DNA of 64,000 bases, from assembly GCA_964346795.1 (NCBI GenBank), contig CAYFWD010000001.1:4337-68336 (forward strand). The letters run 5' to 3'. This DNA is from an uncultured Bacteroidaceae bacterium. Lineage in GTDB: Bacteria > Bacteroidota > Bacteroidia > Bacteroidales > P3. The notes below the pieces were generated by a model. The model had not been told where the DNA came from. It ran no database searches and was given only the letters and a program-made list of their open reading frames with translations. Shown piece by piece: positions 58,690-64,000 of this stretch. Each line of letters starts with the position of its first letter. The first letter of the stretch is position 1. The position numbers and the translations under genes were made by a program.

Positions 58690-58697
58690 CAAAAATA
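58690..58697 (-). promoter_or_regulatory. -7 box (TATTTTTG) for the tRNA-Gly/tRNA-Leu pair
   Basis: Exact TAnnTTTG match on the minus strand, followed by the same 'CACCCTCAAA' extension as the tRNA-CAU promoter. Confidence 0.5.
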
Positions 58698-58726
58698 CTA
58701 ACTTTTTCTTTTCTACCAAACTTTTT

Positions 58727-61336
58727 CTAAACTTTTTCTATTAATTTCTTTATACTATGTAGTTTTAGCAAGGCTTCCATTGGGGTAAGATTATCAATAT
58801 CTGTATTTAATATATCCTCTTTTATTTCTAAAAGCAAAGGGTCGTCAAGCTGAATAAAACTTAATTGATAAGAGCCATCATTTTGTTTTTGCTTAGACTT
58901 GGAAATAGGTTTTTGCTTATTGGACTTTTGTTTCTTCTCCAAATTCTCCAATATCTCTTCTGCCTCCTGCAAGACTTGTCGTGGCATTCCAGCAAGGCGT
59001 GCAACGTGTATCCCAAAGCTTTGAGAACTGCCTCCCTTGGCAATCTTTCTTAAAAATATTATTTGTTTACCAATTTCCTTTACTGTTACATGAAGATTAA
59101 AAATACGAGGGTATAAGCCTTCCATTTCTATTAATTCGTGGTAGTGAGTAGCAAACAAAACCTTTGCTCTAAAATGAGGGTGGTCGTGAATATATGAAGC
59201 TATTGACCAAGCTATTGAAACTCCATCATAGGTACTTGTTCCTCTTCCTATCTCGTCCAAAAGAACCAAAGACCTATCGGAAAGATTATTTAAGATACTT
59301 GCCGTTTCATTCATCTCAACCATAAAGGTACTCTCTCCTAAGGATATATTATCAGAAGCCCCTACTCGAGTAAATATTTTATCAACTATACCTATATCAG
59401 CACTTTTTGCAGGAACAAAACTACCTATTTGAGCCATAAGAACAATTAATGCATTTTGACGCAAGTAAGCACTTTTACCACTCATATTTGGTCCTGTAAT
59501 AATTCCTATCTGCTGAGAGTCTTTATCCAAGAACATATCGTTAGCAATATAGCTTTCTCCTGAAGGAAGCATCTTTTCAATTACTGGATGCCTGCCTTGA
59601 ACAATCTTTATAGAAAATTCTTCATTAATTGTAGGACGAACATAGTTGTTTTCAACTGCTATTTCGGCAAAAGACAATAGGCAATCCAGCTGAGATATAA
59701 TTTCTGCATTCTTTTGAAGCTTATTTATAAAAGGAAGCACCTCTGAAACCAAATTACTATAAAGCTGAGTTTCTATTTCCAATATCTTAGCCTCTGCACC
59801 AAAGATTTTCTGCTCATACTCTTTTAGCTCTTCGGTGATATATCTTTCTGCATTAGTAAGAGTTTGTTTTCTATGCCAATCTTCTGGAACCTTATCTTTA
59901 TGAGCATTGGTAACTTCAAGATAGTATCCAAAGACATTATTAAATCCTATTTTTAAGGAAGGTATTGATGTTCTTTCTGACTCTCTTTCCTGAAGCTTGC
60001 TAAGGTAATCCTTGCCATGATATGCTATCTCTCTTAACTCATCAAGCTCTTGATGAAAGCCTTCGGCAATTACATTTCCTTTTGATACTGCATTTGGAGC
60101 ATTTTCGAATAAGGTCTTTGAAATAGTATTTACCAAATCCTCACAATTATCTACCTCGTCCAAGCTCCTCAACTCCTTAATATCCTTACATAATGTCTTG
60201 ACTTGACTTATCTCCTGCAAAACATTTTTCAACCCAACTAATTCATTAGGCATTATCCTCCCATAAGCAGCCTTGGCAACCAAACGTTCCAAGTCTCCAA
60301 TCCTTTTCAAACTACTGCCAATCTTATCAGCCAAAATGTCATTTTGCATAAAGAAATAAACCACCTCTTGGCGTTTTTCTATTTCTTGCTTATCAATTAA
60401 TGGCAACAAAATCCAACGTTGCAAACGCCTTAGTCCCATATTTGACTTAGTCCTATTAAGAACATTAATAAGGGTTGCACCATTTGGGTGTGGAGAATGA
60501 ACCAACTCTAAATTAGCAATAGTAAACTTATCAAGCCAAAGATAATTACTATTGTCAATACGTGATATTTTTTGGATATGAGAAAGCTCAGTATGTTGTG
60601 TCTCGTTCAAATAGTGAAGACAGGTACCTGCAGCTATAATTCCAAGCTCCATTTCCTCTATTCCAAAACCTTTCAAGGAATTAACTCCAAAATGTCTAAA
60701 AATAATATCGTTAGCAAAATCTCTTGTAAAAACCCAATCCTCAAAAGTATTGGTATAAAAATCTTTCTTAAAACTTTGCTGAAACTCTCTTAACTTCTGC
60801 TTTTGTACAATAACCTCTTTAGGAGAAAGAGTTTGAAGCAGTTTTTCTGTTTCTTGCTTTTTGCCTTGAGAAACAAAGAATTCCCCTGTGGCAATATCCA
60901 AAAAAGCAACCCCAATATCATCCTTTTCGGAGTGAATAGCTGCAAGAAAATTATTTTGAGAATGGTCTGATGTCTTATCATTGTAAGAAAGCGAAGGAGT
61001 TACAACCTCTGTTATTCCTCTCTTAACAATACCTTTAGCAGTCTTTGGGTCTTCCAACTGCTCGCAAATAGCACAACGCTTTCCAGCACGAATAAGTTTA
61101 GGCAAATAAGTGTCAATAGAATGATAAGGGAAACCCGCAAGCTCCAAGTCTTTATCCTTACCATTAGCCCTTTTGGTGAGAGTAATACCCAATATCTTTG
61201 CAGCCTCAACAGCATCATTTCCAAATGTCTCATAGAAGTCCCCTACCCTAAAAAGCAAAATAGCATCAGGAAACTTTACCTTCATCTCATTATATTGCCT
61301 CATCAAAGGAGTAACACCATCAATAACCTTACCCAT
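58727..61336 (-). CDS. mutS: DNA mismatch repair protein MutS
   Basis: 'TPLMRQYNEMK', 'GDFYE' and Walker A 'GPNMSGKS' are present, with 'DEIGRGTSTYDG' also seen. The ATG at 61336 is preferred over the track's TTG at 61342. Confidence 0.96.
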   Translation of the reverse strand: MGKVIDGVTPLMRQYNEMKVKFPDAILLFRVGDFYETFGNDAVEAAKILGITLTKRANGKDKDLELAGFPYHSIDTYLPKLIRAGKRCAICEQLEDPKTAKGIVKRGITEVVTPSLSYNDKTSDHSQNNFLAAIHSEKDDIGVAFLDIATGEFFVSQGKKQETEKLLQTLSPKEVIVQKQKLREFQQSFKKDFYTNTFEDWVFTRDFANDIIFRHFGVNSLKGFGIEEMELGIIAAGTCLHYLNETQHTELSHIQKISRIDNSNYLWLDKFTIANLELVHSPHPNGATLINVLNRTKSNMGLRRLQRWILLPLIDKQEIEKRQEVVYFFMQNDILADKIGSSLKRIGDLERLVAKAAYGRIMPNELVGLKNVLQEISQVKTLCKDIKELRSLDEVDNCEDLVNTISKTLFENAPNAVSKGNVIAEGFHQELDELREIAYHGKDYLSKLQERESERTSIPSLKIGFNNVFGYYLEVTNAHKDKVPEDWHRKQTLTNAERYITEELKEYEQKIFGAEAKILEIETQLYSNLVSEVLPFINKLQKNAEIISQLDCLLSFAEIAVENNYVRPTINEEFSIKIVQGRHPVIEKMLPSGESYIANDMFLDKDSQQIGIITGPNMSGKSAYLRQNALIVLMAQIGSFVPAKSADIGIVDKIFTRVGASDNISLGESTFMVEMNETASILNNLSDRSLVLLDEIGRGTSTYDGVSIAWSIASYIHDHPHFRAKVLFATHYHELIEMEGLYPRIFNLHVTVKEIGKQIIFLRKIAKGGSSQSFGIHVARLAGMPRQVLQEAEEILENLEKKQKSNKQKPISKSKQKQNDGSYQLSFIQLDDPLLLEIKEDILNTDIDNLTPMEALLKLHSIKKLIEKV

Positions 61337-61464
61337 AAACAATCATTAAAATCCTAAAATAAAAGACAAATTTACATATTTATTTTCAATGAAACGGAAA
61401 GCAAAGGAAAATTTAAGCTAAAAAGCATTAGAAAATATCAAATTAAAAACAAATAAAATTTTAA

Positions 61465-61565
61465 TAGGAGTTTTTGAAAATTATCTCCTAGAAAAAATTA
61501 TTTTTGCCCTAGATAATTTTATTTTTCTCCTAGATAATTTTAATTAAGTCTCGTTTATTTTTCTG
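61465..61565. repeat. Copy E of the dispersed composite intergenic repeat (variant with three direct CTAGA cores)
   Basis: 'TTATCTCCTAGAAAAAATTATTTTTGCCCTAGATAATTTTATTTTTCTCCTAGATAATTTT' is followed by 'AAGTCTCGTTTATTTTT'. The segment matches the reverse complement of copy B's 'TATCTAGGGCAAAAAT...TCTAGGAGATAA'. Confidence 0.7.
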
Positions 61566-61621
61566 TAATCAAAGTTTACGGAATTAGAACCAAAAGATAT
61601 AAAACAGAAATAAGGGAAAGA

Positions 61622-62149
61622 TTATTTTATTAATGAACTCATAGTCGCAGTTACTTTGCTTGCAATCCTTTGAGCGTCCTGTTTAGATTTTATAATCTCT
61701 AATAGCTTTATCTTAGAGTCAGTTCCCACCACAGCAATAAGTATTGAGTTATTAGGAACATTAACTTTTAAAGCCTTAGAGAAAATATTCTTTTTATCCA
61801 ATAAGATTTGAGAGGTTGGATTTTTCTTTTGACTCTTTTTACATTCAGAGATAATCAAAAAATTAGGCACCCATGTTTCTTTAAGGTTCATAATGGCTAT
61901 ATTTTGATAATCTTTGGAGGCAAAACCTTTCCTAAGAACCTCATTAGCCACAGGAAAATGGTTTTCATAAACATCGGGGTCAACATAATAGATAAGCAAA
62001 ACCTTTTCTCCTATTTTTGGCATAGAAGTAGGATTAGAATTAACATCAAGCAAACTAACATTAGGGAAAGTGCTACCCACCTGAGCCAAAGCCGAAGCAA
62101 CAAAAAGCAAGGTAATAGCCAAGCCCATCATAAAAAACTTTCTAATCAT
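61622..62149 (-). CDS. Secreted thioredoxin-fold protein without a CxxC motif (YtfJ-like)
   Basis: 175 aa with a signal peptide ending 'ASALAQ'. The redoxin-like layout 'GEKVLLIYYVDPD' has no cysteine pair. The family guess is from memory. Confidence 0.45.
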   Translation of the reverse strand: MIRKFFMMGLAITLLFVASALAQVGSTFPNVSLLDVNSNPTSMPKIGEKVLLIYYVDPDVYENHFPVANEVLRKGFASKDYQNIAIMNLKETWVPNFLIISECKKSQKKNPTSQILLDKKNIFSKALKVNVPNNSILIAVVGTDSKIKLLEIIKSKQDAQRIASKVTATMSSLIK

Positions 62150-62342
62150 AATAATAAAACTTATAAGTTAATAACTCTATTAAACCGATTTATTAATATT
62201 ACGATTAGGATTTGAAAATATTGTTTATTTAGTTAGAAAAAAATGTAATGATGTTTTTATTTATATTTGGAGTTAAGAGAAATGTTGTATATTTGTTGCG
62301 TAAATAAGACGTTAATGACAAGCATAAAGACAGGAAACCATT

Positions 62343-62611
62343 ATGAATCCAATTTATGCGGACACACATATTCACACATCTGACAATCCAGACCAGATAA
62401 ACGAAAGTTACGACCTTGACACACATGTAAACAAGGTAAAAGAGCTCAATGGATACTCTGACTTTTTAATTTCAATTACAGACCACAACATAATAAACAA
62501 TAGGATACACCTTGAAGTTGTTTCAAAAAAACAAATATCATTCTTGGTATAGAACTTCGCATAAAAAACTATGACGTTTATCACACTCAACAGTGGTCAC
62601 ACTATGATTGA
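62343..62611 (+). pseudogene. 5' stump of a PHP-domain (HxH) protein gene, frameshifted in an A7 run and truncated
   Basis: 'MNPIYADTHIHTSDNPD' resembles PHP motif I. After the A7 run at 62525-62531, the +1 frame continues as 'KTNIILGIELRIKNYDVYH' (a PHP motif II-like 'G.E'). It stops at 62609-62611. Full-length relatives would be several hundred aa. Confidence 0.4.
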
Positions 62612-62747
62612 GATATTTTCTCTCTCGTTGTGGTTTTTCATTTCCCGGCTCAAAAACCGGATAGCTTTCAATGTAAACATAGCACTCTTTATGATGCTTC
62701 GACTTCCGTAGTCTGACGGTTGCTTTGGGATGATTTAATCTTTTCAT
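62538..62747 (-). pseudogene. N-terminal stump (Arm DNA-binding region) of a Bacteroidota-type tyrosine integrase
   Basis: 'ATVRLRKSKHHKECYVYIESYPVFEPGNEKPQRERKYL' parallels the 'ATVKLR...SLYLDFYPPI.HP.TG..TRREFLG' N-termini of Bacteroidota integrases, recalled from memory. The similarity ends near 62607 and no catalytic domain follows. Confidence 0.5.
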
Positions 62748-62766
62748 TATAAGATATTAGTTATAA

Positions 62767-63675
62767 CTATTGAACAATTGCTAAGTCTGCTAAATCTATT
62801 ATTTCAAATGTTTTTATAAAATTTTTCTTTATAAATAATTCAATGTTTTTCAAATCACTTTTATTATGTGCTGAGAAAATAAATTTGGGTTGTTTTTCAA
62901 ATAGCGACAATAAATGCTTAAAATAAGGGATGTCGATTTGTGATAATGAATGTCCTAATACATAAACAACTTTAGTATTTCTGAATTTATTAAAAAAATA
63001 AGAATTGGCACTTATTATTTTATTAATTGGCTTTTCAAAAGCATTCATATATTCAAGAATAGACAGGTATGCATTTTCTTCAAATATAGGTAATTTACTG
63101 TAATCTGGATTATTGCTTTTTTTATTGTCGTGACCAAAAATATAGTTGTTGTCATGTAATAAACGACTGCCGTGAATATGGAGTACTTTTTCACTTGGAA
63201 TATTATAAATACTTTCAAGTGTTTCTGTATAGTTGAAAGTAATATAATTAGCATTTTTGTATAAATTGAAAGATTGTATCACACCCGAAAGGTCTATAGA
63301 ATTTACCCATTCAACAAAAAAATTTCTTAAATCGTCAAGTGCTGGTTTTAAAATAGCCATAGGAGCATCTTCTACTCTGGCAGAAGAACTTAATGAATGT
63401 TCAAAATCAAATTCTTCATCGGGTTTACAAAAGTCTAAAATTGCCTTTTCATCATAATCGCCTAATTCAGATTCAATATCACACCAAAAATTCTTACGAT
63501 TGCTAAATAATGATTCGAATATTGCTACATCTTTTTTGTTATTTATACACCACCTCTCAAAATCTGTGTATTTAGAATTTATACCATGAGCAATGTCAAA
63601 TCCATTGCCAATAATGTAAAGCACATCATTTTCTGACATTTCAGATGGGTATAACATGTTTGCTAGATCTCTCAT
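62767..63675 (-). CDS. AbiH-family abortive-infection (phage defence) protein
   Basis: 302 aa with 'LYIIGNGFDIAHGINSKYTDF', 'ITFNYTETLESIY....VLHIHGS' and 'VYVLGHSLSQIDIPYF'. These are the three conserved blocks I associate with Pfam AbiH (PF14253). Confidence 0.78.
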   Translation of the reverse strand: MRDLANMLYPSEMSENDVLYIIGNGFDIAHGINSKYTDFERWCINNKKDVAIFESLFSNRKNFWCDIESELGDYDEKAILDFCKPDEEFDFEHSLSSSARVEDAPMAILKPALDDLRNFFVEWVNSIDLSGVIQSFNLYKNANYITFNYTETLESIYNIPSEKVLHIHGSRLLHDNNYIFGHDNKKSNNPDYSKLPIFEENAYLSILEYMNAFEKPINKIISANSYFFNKFRNTKVVYVLGHSLSQIDIPYFKHLLSLFEKQPKFIFSAHNKSDLKNIELFIKKNFIKTFEIIDLADLAIVQ

Positions 63676-63689
63676 TGTTTCTTTTTATT

Positions 63690-64000
63690 AAAAATATTAT
63701 CAATATATTCCTTAGGACATACACATATTTACCTTTTTGTCTTTTAGGGATACTCCAAACTTTTCGGATATTTCGTTAATAGTATAGCAATCATTTATGT
63801 CGAACTGTATTTTTATGGGTTTACTTTTTGATTCTTTAAGTAAATCGACAGCTGTAAACATTGACTCCAGATGTTCACGGCTTATTTTTGTTAATCTTTA
63901 TCCCAAATTGACTGATGGAATTTTTCCCGCTCTAATAAGTCTGTGGATAGTATTCTTTGAAATACCAAAAAGCACACTAATAACAAGAAATTTTTAAAAA
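63690..64000 (-). pseudogene. Frame-broken remnant of an excisionase/MerR-like helix-turn-helix gene upstream of abiH
   Basis: HTH-like pieces lie in different minus-strand frames. 'LFGISKNTIHRLIRAGKIPSVNLG' ends at an in-frame TAA (63898-63900), and 'YTINEISEKFGVS' follows later in the same frame. 'IPKRQKGKYVYV' and 'PKEYIDNIFNKKKQ*' each sit in a different frame. No intact ORF of 60 aa or more exists. Confidence 0.35.

Noticed and set aside
62229-62590. Minus-strand ORFs 62229-62426 and 62408-62590
   Set aside because: They lie antisense to, or out of frame with, the recognisable PHP-like stump. They have no family resemblance and show Cys/Phe/Ile-rich composition typical of noise.
63797-63997. 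66-aa plus-strand ORF at the window edge
   Set aside because: It lies antisense to the HTH-like remnants, which give far more protein-like translations. It is probably spurious.

Overview
This is a visibly AT-rich chromosomal segment that looks like Bacteroidota. The evidence is T9SS C-terminal sorting domains, TAnnTTTG-type -7 promoter boxes, DUF3098/DUF4293-type small membrane proteins and an rpsF-rpsR-rplI operon. All calls come from reading the supplied translations and the DNA by eye; no database search or program was run.

Most of the window is tightly packed housekeeping. This includes tyrS, secA, yidC, truB, uppP, ftsX, aspartate kinase, rmuC, htpG, rpsF/rpsR/rplI, rnhB, purQ, pnp, rpsO and gcvH. 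It also includes NifU/Mrp Fe-S genes, ftsE, groES/groEL, secG, ispE, pepD, mutS and four tRNAs (Lys-UUU, CAU, Leu-UAA, Gly-GCC). Envelope and accessory genes are interspersed: several glycosyltransferases, WbqC/WecA-like genes, two tandem NhaD-type antiporter paralogs, and S8 and M1 peptidases with T9SS sorting domains.

Four things do not look ordinary:
- Intergenic repeats with 21-22 bp phasing. The clearest case is a 22-bp phase-locked lattice in a 657-bp ORF-free gap (7861-8212). A nest of palindromes at 52855-53095 carries four phased AAATG(C/G)CATTT sites.
- A dispersed composite hairpin repeat with five copies (about 1676, 13177, 21688, 46446 and 61465).
- An ECF sigma factor that is translationally coupled to a single-pass membrane protein ending in a T9SS type-B sorting domain.
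- A decayed mobile/defence islet at the right edge. It holds an intact AbiH-family gene flanked by a PHP-like gene stump, an integrase N-terminal stump and a frame-broken HTH remnant.

I found no CRISPR array, rRNA or intact transposase.
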